IMG/VR virus record: IMGVR_UViG_3300031867_000006
Location: 32,001-96,000 of that record
Length of the DNA stretch: 64,000 nt
Reading direction: 5' to 3' (one strand)
DNA from: a virus
Lineage: Duplodnaviria > Caudoviricetes
Position numbers and translations under genes: made by a program. Shown here one piece after another: positions 22,201 through 31,775 of this stretch (position 1 is the stretch's first letter; every line of letters begins with the position of its first letter). The notes below the pieces were generated by a model. That model saw only the letters and a list, made by a program, of their open reading frames with translations. It ran no database searches and was not told the origin of the DNA.

Positions 22201-25200
22201 GCTCTCCATGAACAGCAGCAATAGCATTAGCTCCAAATCTAATAGCTGCAGTTCCTGCAGTTAGCGGGCTCATAGCTATTCTTCTAACATCGTCAATACC
22301 AGTACCAATTAAATTCCTAGCTTTACCAAGTTTACCTTTATATTTAAAATCGGCAGACACACCATGTATACCAATTTTTCCAGGTATATTAGTAATATCA
22401 TCAGTATGAAATCCAGTACTACGTGTCAAATGATCTTTAAATTCATCTGTAAGCTGTCTATCATCACTACCGAACCATTTATCAATTCGTTTCTGATAGA
22501 TAGCATCGTATTTCTCATTAACCTTCTCAAGAGATTCATCGAATTTGGCAGACATTTTATTTACAATATCTTGAAGCCCACCATCTTCTCCATCAGCAAT
22601 TTTAATACCCTTAGTAGCAATATCACTAACAAATCCTTTAATATCAGCTACATTCTCAGGAGTTTTTAATTGCATACTCTGATCAACTTGATTACCTGCT
22701 TCTCTATTAGTAATCTCAGTATTAAAGTTCTTTACAAGTTTAGATATGTCATATCTACTACCAAGATTAACCTTCAGACCCATATTCTTGAATGTATCTT
22801 CAAGTTCAGCTCTGGTTTCGGCTAACTCTCCTTCTGTAAGCTTTCCAGCTCTAGCTTTACGCTCTCTGATATCAACATAGCCTTTAAGTTTAGATTGAAG
22901 ACCGGTATCCCCTTCCATAAGACTTTCAAGTTCTTTTTCACTGATACCAGTTGAAGAACCAGAAGTTCTATATTTCTGAAGTACTGCAGGAATCTTATCT
23001 ATTTCACCAGCGTCTAAATGCTTTCTTATTTGCTTAAGAGCGGCTCCACTAAGTTTATTACCATTACCATCTCTATAGTTATTAAGAATTGAATCTATCT
23101 CTTTGCGTCGCCTATTAGATTCTCTTGTAAGACTAGCATTATTATCAGAAATGTCTTCAAGCTTCCTAACCATATCCTTGGCATCTTCTAATGATAGGTC
23201 TCCCTCTGCAGAACCGCCAATGTTAGCAAGCATTCTATCAAAGTCACTTACTTTATTACCACGCTTATTATTCATTTGCCATTCGATACGCTCAGCAGCA
23301 GTCATATAATCTGCTTCTCCACGTTCGATAGCTTTACCTCTAATACGATCACCTGCAACTCCAAAAAGCTTAAGTGGGCTAGTAGCAATATTAAATGCCT
23401 TCTTACCTAACCATAAACCAGCACGAGCCGGCGCAGTAGCAGCTTTAGTAACTCCGAGTATAGATCTAGATAAAGTACCAGCTAACCCTTCATCACTTTC
23501 AGCCCATTCAGTAATCTTTCTAGGTATAGAACCAAGCGCTTTAGGTAATGCATGTATAGCAGGTACTGTAAATTTGTTTAATGGAAGAATTATATTCTTC
23601 TCAATTGTATTCATCAGATCATCTTTAAATGATAAAGCTGATTTGGTTAATGGTTCAAAAGCATCTGATAAGAATCCAACCAGTCCACCTTCTCTAACAC
23701 CATTAACATCTATACCAAGGATCATGTCCTTGAACTCGTCGGTGGTAGTCATCATGCCTAAACCAGCACCGATAGCCATATTACCAACTAATCCGAAAGG
23801 ACCACCAAATACAAGTCCGGCAATTGCTCCGCCAGCAGCACCTTTAGCAGCCCCAGGAAGTAACTGCTTAAGAATATCTGTTTCTTTGCTAGATAACTTA
23901 AGAGATCCACCCTCACCAAAGTACTTCTGCATGAAAGTTTCATTATTCTTAAGTAATCCAATAGTACCACCAACAAGAAGTCCGCCTATAGGACCTAATG
24001 GTGTAAGCATACCAGGAATAATTCCAGCAAGACCATACTTAACCATATCCGGGAAGTACTTCTTGAATGTATCCTGAAGATCTTTAGATATAATTCCACC
24101 AGAACGCGACTTGCCATCTTCCCCAAGTTTACCAAACAGCTTATCCTTAAGGAACGTAGAATTCCTAATAATATTAACACCAGCGCCTAATGCAGCTCCA
24201 AATAAAGGACCACCAACAACCATTCCAAGAGCTCCACCAGTTGCACCACCAGCCAATGCTTCTGGAGCATACTGCTTAGCTTCTTTCAGGAAGTCTTTAA
24301 CTGTAACATCACCATTGGAAATATCAATACTTCCACCAGCATGTTTTGCTACAGATAATCCCATTCTCTTAGCCATTAATTCTTCTCGACCAAGATCCTG
24401 CTGTTTACCAACCAACCCCTTAGGATTATAAATATGAGTATAATCACCAAGCCCATAAGCTCCAGTCTTAGGTACAGTTCCTCTATAGTCTAATACGTTA
24501 GGTGAACCATCGCCATTTACACCGTAGAGTTGCTCTCCTTTGGAAAGCATAGTAATACCCTTAAATGGAGCTTTGAATGTACCTTTAGCATGTTGCTGTA
24601 CATTAACTCGTTCTATGCGAGTAATAAGCATATTCTTATGCTTATTTTCATCATATCCACCGCGAGAAGCAGCCATACGTAACTCATCGATCTTAGTATC
24701 TGAAACTCCAAGCTTACGGCATTCCTCCTCAAGCTCTTCAGGAGTCATAGCTAACATCTTACGATAATCTCTACTAGCATAAGCTTTATTAGGACTATAT
24801 AAAACACTTAATCTCTCATCACGCTTCTCTTTTGTAGCTAAAGCATCGTTCTTCTTAACCCAACCAAGTTCACCTGATTTTGTTAATCCTTGCTGCCAAC
24901 CCTTAGCAGTCATTCTTTCCATAGCCGCTCTATTATTGCTTCTGATAGTAGCAGCATTCATTGGCTCCTTAATATATTTATCATATACAGGACCATAGAC
25001 TTCTTTATTAGCATTGACAAACATCTTGCCAAGACCAATAAATTGATCTTTAAGAGATTCAGTAAATCTATCCTTGAAATCGTCACCTAAACCAAGCTTT
25101 TCTTTAAGAGGGTCAAAGATTGTATCTTTGAGATAATCGCCGGCTTTAGTAAACAGATCATTGGTTTTGCCAATAAGCATTTCCATAAAGCCGCTATACT

Positions 25201-27733
25201 TATTCTTATCGCCATCTTGGTCAGTGCCTTCAATTTCAGTTCTGTAGAATATTTCATATATATTTTTATCAGCAGCATAAATAAGATCTGTCATAGCAGT
25301 GGTCATACCACCAGCTACAGCAGCTGTAATAGAACCATATTTATTAAGAGCTCCAGATATCTTAGTAAAGATATTTTTCTCTTCCGGAGTTTCTAATTCA
25401 TTGGTTTCTTTCTCAGCCTTCTTAGCCTCACGTTCAATATCATCTCTTGTAATAAACTTACCACCGTAAAGCTTTTCGTTAAGAGCTTTGCTTAATGCAT
25501 TGCTATTAACTTTATTCTTCATATCACGGTTATAAGTATCTGTATTTACATCGATAAGAAGATCTGCTAAGTGCTGAAGTGCTTCTGTATCTTCATCACT
25601 AAATCTGGAGAAATCAACAGCCTTACCTTCGAGGATATTCTTTATAGCTTTACGTTTGATCTCTTCATCTTTATTCTGTCTATCAGCAACACTAGTCTGA
25701 GGTTTATTAGGATTAGTAAGACTAATATTCTTAAAGTCTACTTTAACAGCATTATCTGCAACTGTACCACCAGTACCAGCAACAACTCCGCCGTTAACTC
25801 TAGCCCAGATAAGTTCCTTATTAATATTCTGAAGATAATTAAATAAGGAATTGCCATACTCATCCTTAATCTGAAGTAATGGAGAAGAACCTTCCCATTT
25901 CTCAGATTTAGAATCGCCTATTTTAGTCCACTTTCCAGCAGCTCTATCAGATTTAGATGTAGATTCATCCTGGAAGATAGTTGTTATAGTATCCGTAACT
26001 CCAGAATTAATACTGTCTATAATCCTCTGCTCCTGAGCTTTTGAATCAAGAACCTGACGAGAATTCATAAGCTTAGAATAGTCAGTAACTACATTACCAC
26101 GTCTATCTCTACGCTTAGCAGAATTCTTATAGATATCAGCAATCTCTTTATAATGCCTATAGAATGCCGGATATTCAGCATAGCTAACATCATTCTTTGT
26201 AGGCGTTGCATTAGGATTAAATATACCATTGTTATTATAGAGATACATCTGGAACTCAAGCATAGCCTGATTGATCTCATCAATTTCAGCCTGAGACTGT
26301 GCTCCTGCCTTACGTATATTTAATCCAGTTGTCATGTTAGCTTTAACATCAGCTGTAGCAGACTGAATAGCATTATTCTTAATATCATCATATCTTCTTC
26401 TTATAGCTCTAGCATCAGTAAATTTACCAGAGTTATAATCAAAGATTCGTTCAGGATTACTACTTAATACAGACTCAATCCTTCTCAAATATGCGGGGAT
26501 AACTTCAATGATAGCTTTACGAGTAATACCATCAAATGGGATTGGTCCCTTCTCATATTTAGAAGTATCTATAGATCTACTTACATTGGTATTTATACCA
26601 AATATCTTGGCTACCATCTCAAGAGGACCGCCTTTGCCGATCTGATTTCCAAGTGAACCTATAGCAGTAGCAAATGCGTTAGATATCGTTCCATTAAGTT
26701 CTTTAGTGGCTTCTTTAAGTGTAGCAGGAATAGCTGCTTTAACCATGAAATCGGTAATGAATCTTAATGGCGATGTCATCATAGCCATAAGCATATTGGA
26801 ATCTCCGCCCATTCCAGGCATAAGTGATTCCATTTCTTTATTGATATTAGTCTTTATATTCTTAAAGTAATTATCAATGTCAGGCATACCAGAACTGGAG
26901 ATTTCACTCCATTTCATAATACCTCTAGATTTCTGGTTTTTCTGAGCAGATTGCTTTTCTTTCTCCGCAGCAGACGTATACTGCTGCTTCTGAAGTTCTA
27001 GCATTTCCTTAAGTATAGAGTTGCGTTCTGTATCTAATTTAATAGATTCAGTAAAGTAACTGCTCATATTCTTATCCATATTTCCCAAGCTTGTCGCTAA
27101 AAGATTATGGATTGTTCCCATGGTAGAATTTACTACGGAGATATCATTATGAATGCCTCCGATGAGACGTTCATTCTGATTGTAAATCATACCAACGGAA
27201 GTTCTCATATTCTTAATCTGAGCATCTGATGCAGTCATTACAGCATTAACTGTAGCACCAGCGACAGCCTTATTAGATCCTTCTATAGCACTTGCTATAA
27301 TCTTATCTCCGGCTGTGACCTCTGATTTAGAACCTTGAGTGGATGTATCTTTAGATTTGCCATTAATAATGTCTTCCCAGTTGTCATCAATCCCGAACTC
27401 AGAAAGATCATTCATATCGTCGGCATCAATTCCAAGGAATTTACCAGCTTCTGCTTCGCGCTCTTTATTATAGAATTTACCAGTCTTCAAATCCTGGATA
27501 GCATTCTTCAAGCCATAATCAGCAGCTTGATAAATCTTAGAGTTCTTTACATAACCAATTGATCTGGTTATTGTAGTCGTAGGATGTCTAACTGCTTTAT
27601 ATACATTGACAAACGCATCCTTATTAGACGCAGCAAAATCTATCATTTCAGGAGCATCTTGCTTTGCAGTATCTACTGCACTATAAGCAATGGATTTCAT
27701 TACATTTTTCATGTAGTTATTACGAAGCGCCAC
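16262..27733 (-). CDS. Giant tape-measure-like virion protein with C-terminal peptidase C39-like, 3D/DPBB-like and NlpC/P60 domains
   Basis: About 3820 aa (probable GTG start 27733 after GGAGG). Long Gly/Ala/Lys helical body with glycine-zipper segments. Motifs QTIGDSACGP...PHYVTVTG...VQDP; GRYTIACTTTFGQVGD...IIADIK; NDCTGL...KGDIISRNGHAEIF. Confidence 0.75.
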   Translation of the reverse strand: MALRNNYMKNVMKSIAYSAVDTAKQDAPEMIDFAASNKDAFVNVYKAVRHPTTTITRSIGYVKNSKIYQAADYGLKNAIQDLKTGKFYNKEREAEAGKFLGIDADDMNDLSEFGIDDNWEDIINGKSKDTSTQGSKSEVTAGDKIIASAIEGSNKAVAGATVNAVMTASDAQIKNMRTSVGMIYNQNERLIGGIHNDISVVNSTMGTIHNLLATSLGNMDKNMSSYFTESIKLDTERNSILKEMLELQKQQYTSAAEKEKQSAQKNQKSRGIMKWSEISSSGMPDIDNYFKNIKTNINKEMESLMPGMGGDSNMLMAMMTSPLRFITDFMVKAAIPATLKEATKELNGTISNAFATAIGSLGNQIGKGGPLEMVAKIFGINTNVSRSIDTSKYEKGPIPFDGITRKAIIEVIPAYLRRIESVLSSNPERIFDYNSGKFTDARAIRRRYDDIKNNAIQSATADVKANMTTGLNIRKAGAQSQAEIDEINQAMLEFQMYLYNNNGIFNPNATPTKNDVSYAEYPAFYRHYKEIADIYKNSAKRRDRRGNVVTDYSKLMNSRQVLDSKAQEQRIIDSINSGVTDTITTIFQDESTSKSDRAAGKWTKIGDSKSEKWEGSSPLLQIKDEYGNSLFNYLQNINKELIWARVNGGVVAGTGGTVADNAVKVDFKNISLTNPNKPQTSVADRQNKDEEIKRKAIKNILEGKAVDFSRFSDEDTEALQHLADLLIDVNTDTYNRDMKNKVNSNALSKALNEKLYGGKFITRDDIEREAKKAEKETNELETPEEKNIFTKISGALNKYGSITAAVAGGMTTAMTDLIYAADKNIYEIFYRTEIEGTDQDGDKNKYSGFMEMLIGKTNDLFTKAGDYLKDTIFDPLKEKLGLGDDFKDRFTESLKDQFIGLGKMFVNANKEVYGPVYDKYIKEPMNAATIRSNNRAAMERMTAKGWQQGLTKSGELGWVKKNDALATKEKRDERLSVLYSPNKAYASRDYRKMLAMTPEELEEECRKLGVSDTKIDELRMAASRGGYDENKHKNMLITRIERVNVQQHAKGTFKAPFKGITMLSKGEQLYGVNGDGSPNVLDYRGTVPKTGAYGLGDYTHIYNPKGLVGKQQDLGREELMAKRMGLSVAKHAGGSIDISNGDVTVKDFLKEAKQYAPEALAGGATGGALGMVVGGPLFGAALGAGVNIIRNSTFLKDKLFGKLGEDGKSRSGGIISKDLQDTFKKYFPDMVKYGLAGIIPGMLTPLGPIGGLLVGGTIGLLKNNETFMQKYFGEGGSLKLSSKETDILKQLLPGAAKGAAGGAIAGLVFGGPFGLVGNMAIGAGLGMMTTTDEFKDMILGIDVNGVREGGLVGFLSDAFEPLTKSALSFKDDLMNTIEKNIILPLNKFTVPAIHALPKALGSIPRKITEWAESDEGLAGTLSRSILGVTKAATAPARAGLWLGKKAFNIATSPLKLFGVAGDRIRGKAIERGEADYMTAAERIEWQMNNKRGNKVSDFDRMLANIGGSAEGDLSLEDAKDMVRKLEDISDNNASLTRESNRRRKEIDSILNNYRDGNGNKLSGAALKQIRKHLDAGEIDKIPAVLQKYRTSGSSTGISEKELESLMEGDTGLQSKLKGYVDIRERKARAGKLTEGELAETRAELEDTFKNMGLKVNLGSRYDISKLVKNFNTEITNREAGNQVDQSMQLKTPENVADIKGFVSDIATKGIKIADGEDGGLQDIVNKMSAKFDESLEKVNEKYDAIYQKRIDKWFGSDDRQLTDEFKDHLTRSTGFHTDDITNIPGKIGIHGVSADFKYKGKLGKARNLIGTGIDDVRRIAMSPLTAGTAAIRFGANAIAAVHGERKLGRDINKAIRNGETRANLSDNLAEINQFAKFKMRFDSDAHNYIHNELTEKEIKTIYSIFSDYKYISHYFAARSAKGRGKLVNKDELAYLLTLNMFNLNDLNAKCKEIVKAKLWTTYDSIQGVDKISPVERQNLKTGLTQNADTEEIESNGIGTFLLGAAAKGIGAIGKGILGAGKSLLGGAKKAKALKDMLPFGQKEEAGSAGGGSSVLGGDLDDKGDGKMPIINADGEAMIFKKSNDGSIDPDTTDPKTKAIVTAKKLKDAAAEKLHTAQQKMSDRFNSMFDNMDEEGKGTKLNPLAMLFGGYLLWKSGILKKIYDGFIKPIWEKVLHPWITEKVVPWITGTAIPAIGTALVNIGSSIKEALFGDKSLGDIIHDAIFGSGDGDKDGGPSNGPGGAAGAALTVMDNVTGNKTNVGFKNKYSTNRLQELVEKYGADTLSGMYDENGNQLTYGQIANGQYSKIYNVDGTEGYIDKDGNLAFKDPSFKGSSYAKVTANGMAHAAAVGGSPLVTQVSKFSGKLLKSKSVLGKAGGVIGKAITTPLEAAGDIGKGIGRKAAGETFFENGSKGATVVNRIKGAKDAVKKSVGDFVKKGEFINSADDATRALMEGAGGGLSKSDKVASVVAKMKDALVKGLDNLFNSPIVQNRLAKAAKAVGENAMKYAAKLKKQVSETFLKAIGRGSAEAGEALLKNAASKLNLIVTVAFLIADFVTGCDQAESILGVSDTNLLEELGCGLVNALANLLIIPAVIPGVPWICSNLFKLMGDDLEERQKEADAEYQAYLEKTGSTDTKEEYLKKKHSVTGRIGGAIKSGVKKAGKAIKAGAKALGSNIKKAGAFAVDKAKELGSNAINLAKNAGTAVKEGVTKAVNKAVDYGKYIAEQEQKGEALIKDPNSSLTDFLKIDAAPEGPLSGMAHTAAFGARIMSFPIMLVKRIANEIKKFAGKVVDGVKGSFNSLLTNAGNVKDKMMSGDPIGILTSNYEAGENDPLSGINTALYHFTKIYSVPIAAISWAGHKVSDAVKSIVSKAKAGFESLGSNIPAVKEKAAAGDIKGLWSAEFTPTEGDPMAGLNKGLFTIYKLTQVPGAGLHWIGGKISSAFTSAMDKSRTNANAVNNAQESINKAADNVKSMNDIKSIWDVKADLTDGDPIKGVWSMSLGLSKIGGSIKGIFNMIIEPMLNFIDDVKDKIGDFVDGAKDLADGVSDWVGDKADKASKAYDSAKTSAGNWLNDKWQAAKKFVTGTGTYGRGYSKQIDSSIANLPYNSSADRSRQTIGDSACGPAAAVNVLESFGRGKNPIVAASNYAVSRGYKETDGGTKPGFFTDYFSKNGLGSEISYNRNTLEKNINSGMPTVLMGSDGRGTSSSTPFGKSPHYVTVTGTVGNKSIVQDPESPYDNQLYDTRSLLNKTSLGVSAYGRGSGIIPIYGIGKYGTGPTTINIPAGLGGVHSYMGWQCITSPSSAQYKLRAAKGQNFNSEGFGIIDGRYTIACTTTFGQVGDAVDFYKANGKVLKCIIADIKNPTDKGCNTWGHLDGKCIVEFVVDKRTWYSSSKGGAAASMHANPGTASCHPEWGNTTITKAVCYGSANAPAGDAGSAASTGADTGVVNGAAASIDTTTQQPDDPLSAFTNALTKTMSESKIGKAMGLMSSSSSTTTTTTGDSGGDAGSPYQSGGAASGDMSSWISTIETVKKAIAANNPTYQAPMMSTITINGEKLKYRNDCTGLTSAAAMAAGAMETGIWPPASGAWTSGSGISLKGFTKMGWPGWEGLQKGDIISRNGHAEIFSHNEGGRHMVWNGGSTNALRTPGVSGSSHPSYTTIWRRNSEPLTSPFGKGDNGIKPLSKYGQLQDSYKYGRGGQTLNYIPAKKTASSKESSLYYEDPKGTDKPRYGKGSDIDLTQIINFLMTIADNTDKLNTIVKILNKKLNVEITAEDVANAQSGQSTKRQITGKGTSTYDKYTDQLNDQSLASVVNAMKAIAAE

Positions 27734-27767
27734 TAGGTTCACCTCCCTTCATTTGGGTTATTTTAAT

Positions 27768-27779
27768 TACAGTAATGTC
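27768..27779 (-). promoter_or_regulatory. Late-type promoter GACA-N6-TA
   Basis: GACATTACTGTA. Confidence 0.6.
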
Positions 27780-27829
27780 AAATCTAACAAAAAATAACAG
27801 GCTATGGGTTAATTAAGCAAAAAAGAATC

Positions 27830-27851
27830 CCCTAGGGATTTCTCCCTAGGG
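27830..27851 (-). terminator. CCCTAGG-family terminator
   Basis: CCCTAGGGA-tttc-TCCCTAGGG followed by a T-tract on the minus strand. Confidence 0.75.
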
Positions 27852-27903
27852 TGTTAGAAAGGAATATATGTTTAACAAGGCGTCTATGCCATTGATTGCC
27901 TAA

Positions 27904-28434
27904 TTACTTAAGCCAGGAAGGGCAAGAACCTGCAACGCTGAGTGTCTCATAGCTGGGAACCTTTGTAGACTGCTTAGAATATGCAGGCGTTCCATCAGGA
28001 TTAACACCAGTCTTAATGGGGAATGTTGATACAGACTCAGGCTTGATCTTAAGCTTAAGAGATACGTCGCTCTTTTCACGCTTTCCAAGAGGAAGCTTCC
28101 TGCCAGTATGAAGATAGGTATTGATAAACTCCTTAGAAATTCCAACCATAGCTGTAGCATCAGCCTTGGTGAATTCGTAACCAGCTGCAAGAGTCTGAGC
28201 CTCTGCCTTGGGAATAGAACCAGCTCCAGCAAGGATATCAGTAGCAATTACAACTGCATCTTCACGAGGGCAGTACTGTCCTTCAACGCCAGACTTGCCG
28301 TAGATATCAACCTTATAATCCGGATCATTAAGCATTGCTCTCATTACGCTGATCTCATCTGCCTTGGATGCCGATGACTGTGTCTTCTCAGTATCAATTT
28401 TCTTTACAAGGTCTGTTACTTTAATTTGTTCCAT
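27904..28434 (-). CDS. Hypothetical protein, possibly HU-like DNA-binding
   Basis: Start MEQIK at 28434 with GGAGG; C-terminal TGVNPDGTP...KVP arm loosely resembles the HU GRNPxTGE...IP arm. Confidence 0.4.
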   Translation of the reverse strand: MEQIKVTDLVKKIDTEKTQSSASKADEISVMRAMLNDPDYKVDIYGKSGVEGQYCPREDAVVIATDILAGAGSIPKAEAQTLAAGYEFTKADATAMVGISKEFINTYLHTGRKLPLGKREKSDVSLKLKIKPESVSTFPIKTGVNPDGTPAYSKQSTKVPSYETLSVAGSCPSWLK

Positions 28435-28541
28435 TTGTTTATCCTCCTTATGAAACATAATATTGGTTTTCTGCTACTAAGACTACGCAAAGCCCTAATA
28501 ATCATTACAAATATGTATGTATATTTGTAAACTTTTACGCG

Positions 28542-28694
28542 TTAGGCAGTCTTAGCTTCCTTCTCTTTATCTACTATTCTACACATAACCACTTTCTTAG
28601 GCGGTTTACCCTTAGCTTTGATATAATCGTTCAATTCCGTATCTGTCATTGATGTCAATATATCTAAAAAGTCTTTTCTAGACATCTTTTTCAT
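28542..28694 (-). CDS. Small basic hypothetical protein (50 aa)
   Basis: MKKMSRKDFLDILTSMTDTELNDYIKAKGKPPK..., AAGGAGG RBS; below the ORF-track cutoff. Confidence 0.65.
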   Translation of the reverse strand: MKKMSRKDFLDILTSMTDTELNDYIKAKGKPPKKVVMCRIVDKEKEAKTA

Positions 28695-28738
28695 CGTACT
28701 CTACCTCCTTTAAGTACATGTAACCATAGAGATAAAGT

Positions 28739-29134
28739 TTAATATTTATCGCCGTTCATATCCATTATATTCTTGAGTACATTGGCAGTATCATATTCAA
28801 GATCCATTGTTTTATATAGAATCTTAATCTCATTGGTATCATGAGGATATTTTTCCTTTAGAGCATTATTAAATAGCATCTTAATAGATTTAGCTACTTC
28901 CATATCTGATATGTCATCCATACTAGATCCAGGAAACATATCATTGGTTAAATCTGTAAGACCAAGTATTCTCTTTGGAACTTCAACACGAATTTTATAG
29001 TTCTTATTCCTGACCATATTTAATAATACAGTTTCAGTATTTATGTAATCATTTAGATCTATAAATTTACACCCAAAGATTCTACCAATATATAATGGAT
29101 CACGCATCTTTTCCTGGTTCAGCATCGATGACAA
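28739..29134 (-). CDS. Hypothetical protein
   Basis: 131 aa, operonic; start uncertain. Confidence 0.65.
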   Translation of the reverse strand: MSSMLNQEKMRDPLYIGRIFGCKFIDLNDYINTETVLLNMVRNKNYKIRVEVPKRILGLTDLTNDMFPGSSMDDISDMEVAKSIKMLFNNALKEKYPHDTNEIKILYKTMDLEYDTANVLKNIMDMNGDKY

Positions 29135-29732
29135 TTGGATCTACCTCCTCTATACCTACAATATACATCTTATGATTAAACTCATTGAATGAATCTAATC
29201 CCTTCTTCATAATTAAAGCGCCCATCTTCTGCTCATCGAATGTAATGATAAAATCCTTATCTTCAATGGTCATATTAGCGTCAGATTTAAGAACGTGCCC
29301 AACTCTGCTGATTATAACAGAATTCTCTTTAATGGCGAATTTATTATTGTCAGCGTACTCTTCGAGCTCTTTGAGACATGCTTCTTCATCCTGACCATCC
29401 TTGGCTATGATAAGCTTAGCGTTGATGACTTTATCATCAGATCCAATAGGTTTATAGAATATGCCATAGATGGTATCAAGCTCATCATTCTTACCGACAG
29501 TCTTATTAGTCTTGAATTCATCTCTGCTGGCAATCCGAAATAATACCATAGATGATGTAATATTATACATCAAAGCATCGTTAGTAAACTTAGAGATATT
29601 CATATAAACCTTGCGGAATATGGATGTGGTATTCTCCGCATCTTCATCCTCAAGAAGCCTAACTCTAGTATTTATGTTAAACTCTTCTCCAGTGAGAAGA
29701 TGTATATCATTAAGTACAATATACTTATCCAT
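29100..29732 (-). CDS. Hypothetical protein
   Basis: 210 aa, GGAGG RBS. Confidence 0.75.
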   Translation of the reverse strand: MDKYIVLNDIHLLTGEEFNINTRVRLLEDEDAENTTSIFRKVYMNISKFTNDALMYNITSSMVLFRIASRDEFKTNKTVGKNDELDTIYGIFYKPIGSDDKVINAKLIIAKDGQDEEACLKELEEYADNNKFAIKENSVIISRVGHVLKSDANMTIEDKDFIITFDEQKMGALIMKKGLDSFNEFNHKMYIVGIEEVDPIVIDAEPGKDA

Positions 29733-29741
29733 CTTATCCTC

Positions 29742-30062
29742 CTACACTATCTCAACTTCCAAGCCATTACATCTGTCCTCAAGCCTAGCGAATACAGTTG
29801 CGTTATCGCAATTTGTAACTTCGCCATAAAGAGTAATAGCTTCTGATTCATTCTTTGCTACTATGGCTACAGGATTCCTCATAGATAAACCTGACTCTTC
29901 TGTATAGTCATTTTCGCATGCCAAAAATAAAGATTTATGATGAAGCTGGTTGGTCACGCCTTCTTCCATATAACCATTTACAAAATCACTTGTAAAGCCT
30001 ACCATATTATTATATAGTGCATCAAGCACATCAGGCTTTGGCCTATATATAAACTGAATCAT
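29742..30062 (-). CDS. Hypothetical protein
   Basis: 106 aa, RBS, ATGA overlap. Confidence 0.7.
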   Translation of the reverse strand: MIQFIYRPKPDVLDALYNNMVGFTSDFVNGYMEEGVTNQLHHKSLFLACENDYTEESGLSMRNPVAIVAKNESEAITLYGEVTNCDNATVFARLEDRCNGLEVEIV

Positions 30063-30463
30063 TTTTTATCTCCTTTCTTAATAATTTTTGGAGTTCTCAT
30101 TAGTTTTATAAACTGCAAACCACAGTTATTAGCATATATGGTAGTCTGGTTATACACTCTTATCTTAGAGGATCTATAATCATAACCGCCACTGATAGAT
30201 AAATATTTACCAACTACAAGTATATGCTTATCTGAGTCTAAGCATTCGCTGAAATTAATGAAATCTTCTATAGTAACAATACTGTTTAACCACGCAGTAT
30301 CAATTATATAATCAATACCAGGGATATCTCTAAATGCCCTCATAAACATAGCATATTTATTTTCAGAACCACTTAATATTTTCCCTCTATTTAGATTGCT
30401 GCGTGTATATATGATATGATCTTTCATAAGATATTCTTTAAGGATTGCCTCTTTCATAAGCAC
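30059..30463 (-). CDS. Hypothetical protein
   Basis: 134 aa, RBS. Confidence 0.7.
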   Translation of the reverse strand: MLMKEAILKEYLMKDHIIYTRSNLNRGKILSGSENKYAMFMRAFRDIPGIDYIIDTAWLNSIVTIEDFINFSECLDSDKHILVVGKYLSISGGYDYRSSKIRVYNQTTIYANNCGLQFIKLMRTPKIIKKGDKK

Positions 30464-30466
30464 CTC

Positions 30467-31531
30467 CTAAAGACCATTTAAATCCAAAGGATTATCTATG
30501 AAGTATTGATTGTTAATGTTCCGGACAGTATTTGGATCATGCAAATCAATCAGCCAGCTTATATCTCTAGATTCAGCCATAGAACTATAAATTCTATATT
30601 GGAACGGCAAATCCACAGCATTGAATCTATATTTGAAAGTGACTGGATCTGTATACTTAGCAATTCCCGGTAAGTTATTGTAAATATAATCAGTATCACT
30701 ATTATAACCATTAATGATCTTATTCGCAGAGACTGCCTCACTAAGCAATCTGCTACTTATGGTTATATTACACATAGCTTTAAGATTATACTCATACAAA
30801 CCAACGCATGTGATCAGTATACTTAATAATCCAGAATCTAACGTAGCCAAATAACCCAATGTCTTATCATTGTTTGTTTTGAATGATCTAGCCAATACGT
30901 TAGACTTATTCACATAGAATGATATGTCCTCAGCATTCTTCTTAGATGGTCTTAATATAACAGTATTGTTGAATAATGCTGGCAACTGATAGCATAATTT
31001 ATCCTTAGTGATTATCACTGCTGGAACATCCATATTCTTGGATATATTCTCATAGATAAACATAGAACAATTAGTGGTTCTCTTAATAAGATAAACACCT
31101 TCTATGTATGCTACCAGTATCTTTAATAATTCCAATTGGGATTCTATATATGAATTGGTATTGTCATATTCAAGAGTATCTTTGAAAGATTCGTTATTAT
31201 CACCGAATGATTGATAGAACTGTTTGTGGTTTCCAGATTCATTAGTACCATAGACTAAATATATTCTTGTTGCTACTCCATATCTAGTCCAATAAAATCT
31301 ACGCATATGGGCTGCTAAGTTTATCAATCCTGATACTATGAGAAGTTTCTTCTCTATAGATACTTGCCTCTTATACACACCCTTAAGCATATCAAATACA
31401 TCTATATATACATCTATCTTATCAGATGATGTATCGAAAGCTTCACTCATCAATTTTTCTAGCATATCATACTTTATATAATATGCATACATCAAGCTTT
31501 CTAATTTTACTTTGAAATCATCCATTTTCAC
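30467..31531 (-). CDS. Hypothetical protein, weak FEN/PIN-like nuclease resemblance
   Basis: 354 aa; VYIDVFDML...IYLVY...VIITKDKLCYQL pattern. Confidence 0.35.
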   Translation of the reverse strand: MKMDDFKVKLESLMYAYYIKYDMLEKLMSEAFDTSSDKIDVYIDVFDMLKGVYKRQVSIEKKLLIVSGLINLAAHMRRFYWTRYGVATRIYLVYGTNESGNHKQFYQSFGDNNESFKDTLEYDNTNSYIESQLELLKILVAYIEGVYLIKRTTNCSMFIYENISKNMDVPAVIITKDKLCYQLPALFNNTVILRPSKKNAEDISFYVNKSNVLARSFKTNNDKTLGYLATLDSGLLSILITCVGLYEYNLKAMCNITISSRLLSEAVSANKIINGYNSDTDYIYNNLPGIAKYTDPVTFKYRFNAVDLPFQYRIYSSMAESRDISWLIDLHDPNTVRNINNQYFIDNPLDLNGL

Positions 31532-31775
31532 TACCTAAAATGAGTTCTAATACTTTAGCCTTAATCTCCGGATTGTTTAAAGCATCATGACATCGCTTAC
31601 ACATATAGGTTATATCATTAACCTCATCCAACATGAAAGGCTCGCCACAAATGATACAATCTCTTGCCAGATTGAATCCAAGAATTGTACCTTTATCATT
31701 GTTATTGCCAACAGGGATAACTTTCTCAGGTTTCTTAATAGATCCCCTTCTGATATTATCTTTATCAAGCAGCAT
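31518..31775 (-). CDS. Small Zn-finger protein
   Basis: CIICG...CKRC; RBS before MLLDK. Confidence 0.65.
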   Translation of the reverse strand: MLLDKDNIRRGSIKKPEKVIPVGNNNDKGTILGFNLARDCIICGEPFMLDEVNDITYMCKRCHDALNNPEIKAKVLELILGSENG

